Source of the DNA: Candidatus Krumholzibacteriia bacterium
GTDB taxonomy: Bacteria > Krumholzibacteriota > Krumholzibacteriia > Krumholzibacteriales > Krumholzibacteriaceae
Assembly (NCBI GenBank): GCA_025453655.1
Contig: JALOPX010000006.1
Coordinates: 1 to 46,102, forward strand
DNA length: 46,102 nucleotides
Direction of reading: 5' to 3'
Made by a program: the position numbers and the translations under genes. The notes under the pieces are model-generated. The model made no database searches and was not told where the DNA came from. It saw only the letters and a list, made by a program, of their open reading frames with translations. This document shows positions 28,970-36,630 of the stretch, piece after piece (position 1 is the first letter of the stretch; every line of letters starts with the position of its first letter).

Positions 28970-29410
28970 CTATTTCTCCCCCCACTTTTCCTTCGATATC
29001 TTCTCGAGGAGATTGTCTATCTGACCGCGGATCCTCTCGTTCTGATCGGGCTCGAAAAGCACCTTCTTGACCCTGCCCTGATCGTCCTTCTTCACGTATC
29101 TGATGGCCTTGATATTCTCCATCGGGATCAGGATGTCCTTGCTGACGCGCACCTCTATGTTCCGCTCGTCGAGGTTCTTGTCGTTGTTGTTATACGGGTG
29201 CATGCCCATTCCCCATCCGTGCACGAACATGCTGCAGATGATCGCCCTGAAGGTGTTCTGCCTCTGGACCGTGTCGAGTTCGAAGGTGTCCTGGAACTTC
29301 TCCATCATCCCGTCGATGACGATCTGGAGTTTCTTGAGGGTCTCCTGCTTCGGTTCCGTGTTGAGGAGCCTGTGGAAGACCTCTTTGAGGATCTTTTCAG
29401 TGATTTCCAT
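28970..29410 (-). CDS. Hypothetical protein (146 aa), convergent with kinase gene
   Basis: Host-like GC3-rich codon usage on minus strand, globular composition (MEITEKILKEVF...); no family recognised. Confidence 0.7.
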   Translation of the reverse strand: MEITEKILKEVFHRLLNTEPKQETLKKLQIVIDGMMEKFQDTFELDTVQRQNTFRAIICSMFVHGWGMGMHPYNNNDKNLDERNIEVRVSKDILIPMENIKAIRYVKKDDQGRVKKVLFEPDQNERIRGQIDNLLEKISKEKWGEK

Positions 29411-29635
29411 ATTCCGCTCTCGCCCCCGCGCTGTTAAATCGAACGAAAGTATCGCCGCAAACGCAACATGCCGTCTGGATGGAAATAGCAAAAAGAGGAC
29501 CAAAGGCGCGCCTTCCCCGGTCTTTTCCATCGAAGCCTCGCGGGGTGTGGGTGAAATCTCCGGGGGCCGGCCCCCGGGCGCAAAGGCCTCCGTCCCGTCA
29601 TCCGCCGGGACGGAGGCCCGGTTGGAGGCGGGAAA

Positions 29636-29651
29636 TGGCACGGTTCTGGCA
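29636..29651 (+). promoter_or_regulatory. Putative sigma-54 (-24/-12) promoter
   Basis: TGGCACG-GTTC-TGGCA with exact GG-N10-GC spacing; one mismatch to TTGC in the -12 box. Confidence 0.55.
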
Positions 29652-29688
29652 CGAAGGGATGAAATGGTCCGTAAGGGAAGGAGCGGAG

Positions 29689-30105
29689 TTGCACGTTAAC
29701 ACAGAAGTCACCGTTTTCATGCAAAAAGCGATATATTACGTCAGCAGGCTCATGGCCGCGAGAGGCGTGGTCGAAATGACCGACAGGAGCCTGAACTTCG
29801 AGGTTTCGAGCCTCGATTCCGCCTTCGGCATAAGGGACGTGTCAATCGACCTTTCCACCCTCCTGGAAGTGAGGATAGAGTGCGGCGATCTTAACCCGAG
29901 GATCATCGTCACGGCCGCCTGCGGAAAATACGAGTTCGTCCTTTCCCGCGGGCAGGAGCTCTACGACAGGCTCCGCGAGCATATTCACAACCCGTCGTTT
30001 GCACTCGACGCCGGCGCGGGAGCCGCGGTCACCCTGAAGTGCGGATGCGGCAGCGAGATAAACAGCCTCTACCGTTTCTGCCCGTGGTGCGGCTCCAGGA
30101 TGTGA
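29689..30105 (+). CDS. Hypothetical protein, PH/GRAM-like beta domain plus C-terminal zinc ribbon
   Basis: GVVEMTDRSLNF...VSIDLSTLLEV...YEF...LYDRL resembles a bacterial PH fold; CGCG...FCPWCG zinc ribbon; TTG start with GGAAGGAG SD (alternatives 29659, 29719). Confidence 0.65.
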   Translation: MHVNTEVTVFMQKAIYYVSRLMAARGVVEMTDRSLNFEVSSLDSAFGIRDVSIDLSTLLEVRIECGDLNPRIIVTAACGKYEFVLSRGQELYDRLREHIHNPSFALDAGAGAAVTLKCGCGSEINSLYRFCPWCGSRM

Positions 30106-30224
30106 CGGGCAAGGGCCGGGTTCATTTTTCAGTTGTCCTCCCTCCCCATATTTATTACATTGATTCCGGGTTATGATTCCGGCCGGCAAGGCCGTATGCG
30201 CGTATACCTTTTGAGGAGGTCCAT

Positions 30225-30575
30225 ATGAGACGGGCCATGTTGATGATGATATCAGCCGTATTGATGCTGTCGTTCTTCTCGTCGGGATGCAAGGACGATT
30301 CTCAGGAAGCCTCCGAGACCGGTCTCAGGATCGTCACGGATGGATGCATCGAATTCGGCATTTATATCCATATAGATGACGAGCCTCAGGGCATGATCTC
30401 TTCGCTCGAGCCGGCCAACATCCTTCTTCCCGCGGGAACATACGAGCTTTTCGCGCGCAGCAACGCGGCATGGAACGGCAACGAGCTCTGCTGGACGGGA
30501 CAGTACACGGTCAGCGACGGTTCGCTGACGACGGTCACGCTTACCTGCAGCGAAGAGCAGTTCTGCGGAGATTGA
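30225..30575 (+). CDS. Putative lipoprotein with PEGA/Ig-like beta domain
   Basis: SD GAGGAGG, signal peptide with lipobox FSSGC, IYIHIDDEPQG...LPAGTYELFA. Confidence 0.75.
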   Translation: MRRAMLMMISAVLMLSFFSSGCKDDSQEASETGLRIVTDGCIEFGIYIHIDDEPQGMISSLEPANILLPAGTYELFARSNAAWNGNELCWTGQYTVSDGSLTTVTLTCSEEQFCGD

Positions 30576-30633
30576 TCCTCGGAGCGCCCCGTCCGGGGCG
30601 CGGCAGATCCGGAACGGGACGAATCGCAGTTTA

Positions 30634-30670
30634 AGAAGGCCCTTTCTCATTATGAGCGAAGGGCCTTTTC
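30634..30670 (+). terminator. Intrinsic terminator after lipoprotein gene
   Basis: AAGGCCCTT...AAGGGCCTT stem extended by CTCA/TGAG, followed by short T run. Confidence 0.6.
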
Positions 30671-30740
30671 ACGTCTATCCCCGCATATTGTAACATCAAG
30701 CCGGACAAGGAATTAAAAAAATAGAGCCTCCCGGCCCGCA

Positions 30741-30755
30741 TGGCACATTACTTGC
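30741..30755 (+). promoter_or_regulatory. Sigma-54 (-24/-12) promoter upstream of mglA-like gene
   Basis: TGGCACATTACTTGC matches TGGCAC-N5-TTGC exactly; intergenic, behind an AT-rich tract. Confidence 0.75.
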
Positions 30756-30769
30756 GGAAACCGCAAATT

Positions 30770-30894
30770 GGTCGGGGTGGATTCTACAGATACCGACGTA
30801 GACAGTGAACACCCTAGCTCAAGTGACGCGACCTGCTCCGGATTCTGCTTCCTTGCCTGTGCACCGAGTGAGCGGGATGTAGGCCGCCCCGACT
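30770..30894 (+). ncRNA. Candidate structured 5' leader or sRNA (no family recognised)
   Basis: GTCGGGGTGG 30771-30780 pairs with CCGCCCCGAC 30884-30893, and TCTACA 30783-30788 with TGTAGG 30878-30883; begins about 4 nt after the predicted sigma-54 start site. Confidence 0.4.
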
Positions 30895-30919
30895 TCAAAC
30901 TCTAAGGAGATAACAGGAG

Positions 30920-32071
30920 ATGGCTGTTTACAATTACGCCGGCGGAGAGGTCAACATCAAGATAGTTTACTACGGCCCGGGTCTGAGCGGGAAGACCACG
31001 AATCTCGAGCACATGTATTCGAAGCTCCCGAGGGAGAACAAGGGCAAGATGGTCTCCATGAAGACTAGGACGGACAGGACGCTCTTTTTCGATTTTCTCC
31101 CGATAGAGGTCGACGGGCTCAACGGGATGACCGCGCGTTTTCTCCTTTACACCGTTCCCGGACAGGTCTATTACAACGCCACGCGAAAACTGGTTCTGAA
31201 GGGGGCCGACGCCGTGGTTTTCGTGGCCGATTCGGATCCCGAGAGGATGGACGACAACAGGGAAAGCCTCTCCAACCTCGAGGAGAACCTCAACGAGCTG
31301 GGATTGTCGCTCTCCGATATTCCGTGGGTCATCCAGTACAACAAGCGCGATCTTCCGGACCGCATGGAAATCGGGGCCCTCGACGCGGCTCTCAACAAAT
31401 GGAACGCGACCTCCTACGAGGCCGTCGCCACGACGGGGCAGGGTGTTTACGAGACCTTCGAAGGAATAGCCCGCAAGGTTTTCAGATCTCTCAACGAAGC
31501 CATGAAGAATCCGGCGGCGGCGCCGCAGAATGAAGATAAACCCGCCTCAGTGGAGGTCAGGCCCGAGGTCGTGGCGAAGGGGAAAAAGGGAGTTTATGAC
31601 TCAGAGACGGACAAGAGCGAATCTTTGTGTTACGCAGAGGAGAGAGAAGAGGAGCACGAATCTGTCTCTGAGTTGATTGAAAACGTACTCAGCGACGGGG
31701 AGAAGAAGGAAAGCATAGACATGAACTCCACCAGGGAAGGGTATGAGGATTACGGGCACATGGTGGAGCTTGGAAACGGAGCGGCTTCCCCCGATGCGGG
31801 AAAAGCCGCCGCTGACGAATCCCCGGCCGGCGACCCGGCGGGATTGGATATCATAAACGATCCGCTGGAAAAGCTCTGCGAATGCCCGGGCGGGGACGCC
31901 GGCGGGGAATCGACGGCCGCCGGGCCTCGCAAGGAAGAGGCTGCAGCCGGCGCCGTCGCCTGCATGGTCGCCGAAAAGACGCTCACGGTCGCGCTCGAGC
32001 TGTCCGAGGAGGAGATCCGGGGCAACGTCCCGGTCAGGATCATCCTCGATATAAAAGTCGCCTCGTCCTGA
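30920..32071 (+). CDS. mglA: MglA-family small Ras-like GTPase with long acidic C-terminal extension
   Basis: NIKIVYYGPGLSGKTTNL (G1), RTLFFDFLP (G2 with intrinsic Arg), LYTVPGQVYY (G3), QYNKRDLP (G4), EAVA (G5); about 185 extra residues follow. Confidence 0.9.
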   Translation: MAVYNYAGGEVNIKIVYYGPGLSGKTTNLEHMYSKLPRENKGKMVSMKTRTDRTLFFDFLPIEVDGLNGMTARFLLYTVPGQVYYNATRKLVLKGADAVVFVADSDPERMDDNRESLSNLEENLNELGLSLSDIPWVIQYNKRDLPDRMEIGALDAALNKWNATSYEAVATTGQGVYETFEGIARKVFRSLNEAMKNPAAAPQNEDKPASVEVRPEVVAKGKKGVYDSETDKSESLCYAEEREEEHESVSELIENVLSDGEKKESIDMNSTREGYEDYGHMVELGNGAASPDAGKAAADESPAGDPAGLDIINDPLEKLCECPGGDAGGESTAAGPRKEEAAAGAVACMVAEKTLTVALELSEEEIRGNVPVRIILDIKVASS

Positions 32072-32167
32072 TCCGCCTTAAAAAGTGCTTGACCGGCGGC
32101 TCCAATCATCCCAAGATATAAGCATGTATCGGCACGCGGCCCGCATTATCGTCGCAGGGGGCGAAAG

Positions 32168-32536
32168 ATGGCAAGGATCCTTATCGTCGATGACGAAGTG
32201 AACGTCAGGAACCTGTACAGCGAAGAACTCGAAGGCGAAGGGTACGAGACGATCCTCGCCGAGAACATCGCAGAAGCCCTCGCGGCCGTCGGGAAAGGCG
32301 CGCCGGATCTGATAGTTCTCGACATCAAGCTCGGCGACGAGAGCGGCATCGACGCCCTCATGCAGATCGCCGACAGGCACAAGAACATCCCGGTCATCCT
32401 CAATTCCGCCTATTCGGTCTACAAGGACAATTTCCAGACATGGGCCGCCGACGCCTATATAGTGAAATCGGCGGATCTCAAGCCTCTGAAGGACAAGATA
32501 AAGGAACTGCTCGAGAGAAAGGAGATGCCGCAGTGA
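32168..32536 (+). CDS. Single-domain response regulator (CheY-like receiver)
   Basis: ILIVDDE, PDLIVLDIKL (phospho-Asp), ILNSAY, YIVKS. Confidence 0.93.
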   Translation: MARILIVDDEVNVRNLYSEELEGEGYETILAENIAEALAAVGKGAPDLIVLDIKLGDESGIDALMQIADRHKNIPVILNSAYSVYKDNFQTWAADAYIVKSADLKPLKDKIKELLERKEMPQ

Positions 32537-32976
32537 CGAGGGCAGCGATAGCGGCTCTGGCGATCGCCCTGATGATGCTCGCGCAGCCGGCGCGGACCGC
32601 CGCGGGCGAAGAGCATGTTTCCGGCGGCGGCATCTTCGACGACTATCTCAACCCCGTTGAAAATCCCTCCTTCGCCGGCCTTGCCGGCATTTCGTTCAGC
32701 AGCTCGGCGGGATTCCTGTACTCGTCCGGCGGGACGCGCGGCTCTGACGGATCGGCATTCTACATGGGGCATTTCAGCTGCGATCTCGCATCCAACCTGA
32801 CGCTCCGGTGGGATGTGGGGCTGCGTTCGTCGATGGTCGGTCCCGAAGCGGGAGGCGATCCGGAATTTTTCATCCCCAACATCGATCTCACTTACAGGCC
32901 GAGCGACAGGCTGATGTTCACGCTGCGGTTCGGCCGGTACGATATGGGCACGCAGTCTTACCTTATGCGCCGCTGA
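32533..32976 (+). CDS. Hypothetical exported beta-rich protein
   Basis: GTGA overlap with receiver gene; N-terminal signal peptide; amphipathic beta strands (IDLTYRPSDRLMFTLRFG). Confidence 0.65.
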   Translation: MTRAAIAALAIALMMLAQPARTAAGEEHVSGGGIFDDYLNPVENPSFAGLAGISFSSSAGFLYSSGGTRGSDGSAFYMGHFSCDLASNLTLRWDVGLRSSMVGPEAGGDPEFFIPNIDLTYRPSDRLMFTLRFGRYDMGTQSYLMRR

Positions 32977-33007
32977 CGCCGCTGCTGCTCTCCGGACCAT
33001 AATATCC

Positions 33008-33037
33008 TTGACATAAAGGCCGTTGCCGGGCTAGCCT
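33008..33037 (+). promoter_or_regulatory. Putative sigma-70 promoter of TPR-wzi-ubiA-uppP unit
   Basis: TTGACA-18 bp-TAGCCT in the intergenic gap. Confidence 0.55.
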
Positions 33038-33082
33038 CAATCGTACCCGAACACCTGTGGATTTCTTCGAGGGGGGTCCGAG

Positions 33083-34240
33083 ATGGGGTTGAGCTGGGAC
33101 AAGCTGCTTGAATTTACAAAGGGCGAGGTCAAGGAGGAGGGCAGGGAAATCGCGCGGCTGAAACGGCGGTGCGACTCCGGAGAGGCCCGTACGGATGAGA
33201 TGCTCGAGCTGGCGAAGCATCTGCTCAGGAGAAAAGAAGCGGGAAAATCAGAGAAGCTGATGAGGGAACTGCTCGCCAGGGCGGATGTCACCGAGGACAC
33301 GCTGACGGAGATATGCTCGCTCTTCGAGGATACCGGCAATTACGAGGCGGCCTTCGAGGGGTACCAGCGCTACAGGGAGATGGTGAGCTGCAACGCCTTT
33401 CCCATATACAGGATGGGAAGGCTGCTCGAGCTCCAGGGCAGGCTCGACGAGGCCATTCTTCTTCACAGGGAGGCGGTGGCGGTCGATCCGGAAAACCCCG
33501 AATGCTATTACCGGCTGGGCGTGGCATGCACGAAGAGCCGGCGTTTCAGCGAGGCCGAGGAAAATTACCGCAAAGCCATAGAGATAGATCCCACGCACTC
33601 GAAATCTTATACGAATCTCGGATACATACTCGACCTGAACGGGAAGAGAAGCGCGGCGCTTCAACAGTTCAGGAAGGCGGTTCAGCACAATCCGAGAAGC
33701 GCCGAGGCGCATTTCAATCTGGGCGCGCTGTACGGCGAGGAGGGCGACAAGGATCTCGCGATAAAGGAATTCCGCATCGGGCTGGAATTGGATCCCTCCT
33801 GCGTCGAAGGCCACTACAACCTCGGCATCGCCCTCATCAACGAGGGGCATCTCGACGAAGCGCTCGAGGAGTTCAGCAGGATACTGAGGCTCGAGAGCGA
33901 TAACGTGAACGCGCTTTTCTACAAGGGGCTCATCTATTACAGGAAAGGCCTTTACGCGCGGGCGATCAAGCACCTTCAGCAGGCGGTCCATCTCAATCCC
34001 GGCAACTCGACCATACTTTATTATGTCGGCGAATGTTTCAACAAGCTGGAACAGCCCGACAAGGCCAAGGAATATTTCAAACGCGTGGCCGAAATCAATC
34101 CGGACGATCAGAGGGTATATTTCAGCATGGGGATCGCATGCGAAAAACAGGACGACAAAAGCACGGCCCGCGAATGGTACAGGATGGCCGCGGCCGGGGC
34201 TCCGACCGTACTCAGGGAGACGCACCGCATATCCGGATGA
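33083..34240 (+). CDS. Tetratricopeptide-repeat protein
   Basis: About 8-9 tandem TPRs (DPENPECYYRLG, DPTHSKSYTNLG, NPRSAEAHFNLG, DPSCVEGHYNLG). Confidence 0.92.
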   Translation: MGLSWDKLLEFTKGEVKEEGREIARLKRRCDSGEARTDEMLELAKHLLRRKEAGKSEKLMRELLARADVTEDTLTEICSLFEDTGNYEAAFEGYQRYREMVSCNAFPIYRMGRLLELQGRLDEAILLHREAVAVDPENPECYYRLGVACTKSRRFSEAEENYRKAIEIDPTHSKSYTNLGYILDLNGKRSAALQQFRKAVQHNPRSAEAHFNLGALYGEEGDKDLAIKEFRIGLELDPSCVEGHYNLGIALINEGHLDEALEEFSRILRLESDNVNALFYKGLIYYRKGLYARAIKHLQQAVHLNPGNSTILYYVGECFNKLEQPDKAKEYFKRVAEINPDDQRVYFSMGIACEKQDDKSTAREWYRMAAAGAPTVLRETHRISG

Positions 34241-35784
34241 AATCCGCAATACTTTCAAGACGCCTTGCTTTCGCCGCGGTACTGCCGCTTCTTCTGCTTC
34301 CCTCGGGGATTCTCGCTTCCAACGAGACCATCGACGTAGACAGCTGGATCTATCCGGCCTTCCGGACCCTCGAGCTGGCGGGCATGGTCGATCTGCCGCC
34401 CCGCATGCCATGGACAAGAAGCGAGGCGGAGTTTTTTCTCGACCGGGCGCTTCAATCGCTCGGAGACGGCGGGGCGGCTCCCACCGCGCGGCAGGGCTTC
34501 CTTCTGGAACGGCTGAAGGGCGAATTCCACGGGAAGGCTTCCCGGCCCGCGGACCGCGAGGACGGCCCCCTCTGGTGCATGAGGGAGGGGGCGCGGTTCG
34601 CCGCCTTCGATCTGTCGGCGGGCGCGTCGTACGGCAAAAACGCTCCGGCAGGACGGGAAGGGCCGTCGGGCTCGGCGGTCCCGGAGTTACTCGCCGATCT
34701 GGGCAGGGGGCTGACCCTCTTTTCATCCTACAGCGCGAGGCTCGAGCGCGAGTCCGGCTCCAACGTGTCGGGTGAAAAGCCGTCGCCGAGGGAAAAAAGC
34801 TTCAGGGGCCTGAGGTCGGAGTACCGCCGCGGGTACATTTCGGTCACGGGTAACAGGTGGGCGCTTCTCGCGGGGAGGGACCACATCCACTGGGGGCCGG
34901 GCCGCGATGAGGGGCTCATCATGTCCAGGACCGCGGGATCGATCGACCAGATCTCGGCGATGGTGGAGATGGGCCGGTTCAGGCTCAGCGCGGTGCAGGC
35001 CGTGCTCGACCCGGAGATCCCGAGGCGCCTCGCGGGGCATCGCCTCGAGATTTCGCTGCCGCGGAAAATCAGGCTCGGCATAAGCGAAACGGTGGTATAC
35101 ACGGGAAGAGGCCTTGATTTCTCGTACCTCATCCCGGCCGGATCCTTCTACGCCAACCAGTACAACGAGAGGGACGACGACAACATCCTCTGGGGCCTCG
35201 ACCTGAAGGTGCCTCTTCGCGCGGGGATGATCGCCCACGGCGAGCTCCTCGTCGACGATTTCCAGTACGAGGGCAGGGGGACCGCCCCGGACAGGCTGGC
35301 ATTCAACATCTCGATCGAGGCGCTCGCCGCCCCGTTCGGACGCGACGTCGAGATAACGGCCGGATATACGTATGTCGATATCTTCACATACGCGCACAAG
35401 GATTCGCTGCTCGCACGGTACGTGACCGGCGACGGCGATCCCCTGGTCAATCCGATCATCGGTTCCCCCCTCGGTCCCGATTCCGACAGATGGAATCTCG
35501 GCGCCTCGGTGGCGATAACCGCCCGTTTCACGGCGGAGGCCGGCGTGACGCTGACGAGGCGGGGCGACGGCAACGATCTCCGCGAATGGGAAAGGGGATC
35601 CGATCCGGACCCCTCGTTTCCGAGCGGAACGACCCTGGACGAAAGGATATTCCTCCTCGGAGGATCGTTCGATCTCGGAAAGGGGTCTTCGGTCTTCGGG
35701 AGCGCCGGCCTGGCGCGCTTCACGGGCCCGGACAGGGACGGGGATGGAAGTTTCGCGTATCTCGGAATGGTACTGGATTTCTGA
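34237..35784 (+). CDS. Capsule assembly Wzi-family outer-membrane beta-barrel protein
   Basis: Signal peptide, GRDHIHWGPG...LIMS, LAGHRLEI, GISETVVY, C-terminal Phe. Confidence 0.78.
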   Translation: MKSAILSRRLAFAAVLPLLLLPSGILASNETIDVDSWIYPAFRTLELAGMVDLPPRMPWTRSEAEFFLDRALQSLGDGGAAPTARQGFLLERLKGEFHGKASRPADREDGPLWCMREGARFAAFDLSAGASYGKNAPAGREGPSGSAVPELLADLGRGLTLFSSYSARLERESGSNVSGEKPSPREKSFRGLRSEYRRGYISVTGNRWALLAGRDHIHWGPGRDEGLIMSRTAGSIDQISAMVEMGRFRLSAVQAVLDPEIPRRLAGHRLEISLPRKIRLGISETVVYTGRGLDFSYLIPAGSFYANQYNERDDDNILWGLDLKVPLRAGMIAHGELLVDDFQYEGRGTAPDRLAFNISIEALAAPFGRDVEITAGYTYVDIFTYAHKDSLLARYVTGDGDPLVNPIIGSPLGPDSDRWNLGASVAITARFTAEAGVTLTRRGDGNDLREWERGSDPDPSFPSGTTLDERIFLLGGSFDLGKGSSVFGSAGLARFTGPDRDGDGSFAYLGMVLDF

Positions 35785-36608
35785 TGACGAGAATGATTAA
35801 AGCGTTCCTTCTCATTCGTCCGCACAACGTGGCGGCCGCGCTGCTGTGCGTGGCTTCCGGGTTCTGGATGGCCGCGTGGCCCGCGCGCGTCCCCCTTCCC
35901 CTCCTTTTCGCCGTGGCCCTCGTCACTGCGGCCGGCAACGTGATAAACGACTGCTGCGACAGGGATATCGACAGCATAAACAAGCCGCGCCGCGTGATCC
36001 CCTCGGGAGGGATGACGGTGCGCGTGGCCTTTTCAGTGTATATCTCCATGCTCCTGCTCCTCGGCGCGACGCTCTTTTTCATGAGCCCTGCGCAGGCGGC
36101 GTGGATCGCCGCGTGGGCCCTGCTCCTGCATCTTTACTCGGCAAGGCTCAAGAGGGTCTACCTCGCGGGAAACATCCTCGTCTCGATGGTGACGGCAAGC
36201 GGATTCACGCTCGGCGCGTTCGCCGGAGCCGACATCCGCCAGGGCGTCCTGCCATCGATCTACACATTTTTTTTCGTCATGGGAAGGGAACTGGTCAAGG
36301 ATTGCGAGGATGTGGAGGGGGACGGGACCTGCGGAGCGAGGACCGTGCCCGTCGTCTCGGGCCGCGCGGCCGCGATGAACATGGCGGCGACGATATTCAT
36401 CCTTCTCGCGGCGGCGTTCCCGGTCCCTTATTTCGCCGGGATTTACAACCACGCCTACGCCGCCATCATGCTCATTTCAGTCTTGCCGATACTGGCGATA
36501 TCCTCCATATTTGCGCTTCGCGGAAGGAATCCCGGGCTGATCAGCGTGATGCTGAAGGTGGGCATGTATTTCGGCATCGCCGCGTTTCTGCTGGGAACGA
36601 TAATGTGA
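35784..36608 (+). CDS. UbiA-family prenyltransferase, DGGGP-synthase-like
   Basis: LIRPHN, GNVINDCCDRDIDSINKPRRVIPSG, YSARLKR...GNILVS, GRELVKDCEDVEGD. Confidence 0.82.
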   Translation: MTRMIKAFLLIRPHNVAAALLCVASGFWMAAWPARVPLPLLFAVALVTAAGNVINDCCDRDIDSINKPRRVIPSGGMTVRVAFSVYISMLLLLGATLFFMSPAQAAWIAAWALLLHLYSARLKRVYLAGNILVSMVTASGFTLGAFAGADIRQGVLPSIYTFFFVMGRELVKDCEDVEGDGTCGARTVPVVSGRAAAMNMAATIFILLAAAFPVPYFAGIYNHAYAAIMLISVLPILAISSIFALRGRNPGLISVMLKVGMYFGIAAFLLGTIM

Positions 36609-36630
36609 TCCATCGAAAGGGGAGCGGGAG

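Noticed and set aside
29103-29699. Plus-strand 198-aa ORF overlapping the minus-strand hypothetical
   Set aside because: Ser/Ile-rich antisense-type composition; the minus-strand ORF has host-like codon usage
30825-30890. Possible SRP (4.5S) RNA: minus strand has CAGG...AAGGAAGCAG and plus strand has GGGATGTAG
   Set aside because: The GNRA tetraloop hairpin required between CAGG and AGCAG is missing and the two resemblances are on opposite strands; kept only as an unclassified structured leader
30770-30894. 6S RNA or known riboswitch (c-di-GMP, c-di-AMP) identity for the hairpin
   Set aside because: Too short for 6S, and the diagnostic conserved motifs of those riboswitches were not found by eye
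32168-32536. Receiver protein as a RomR orthologue
   Set aside because: Only a single 122-aa REC domain; lacks the Pro-rich linker and conserved C-terminal region of RomR
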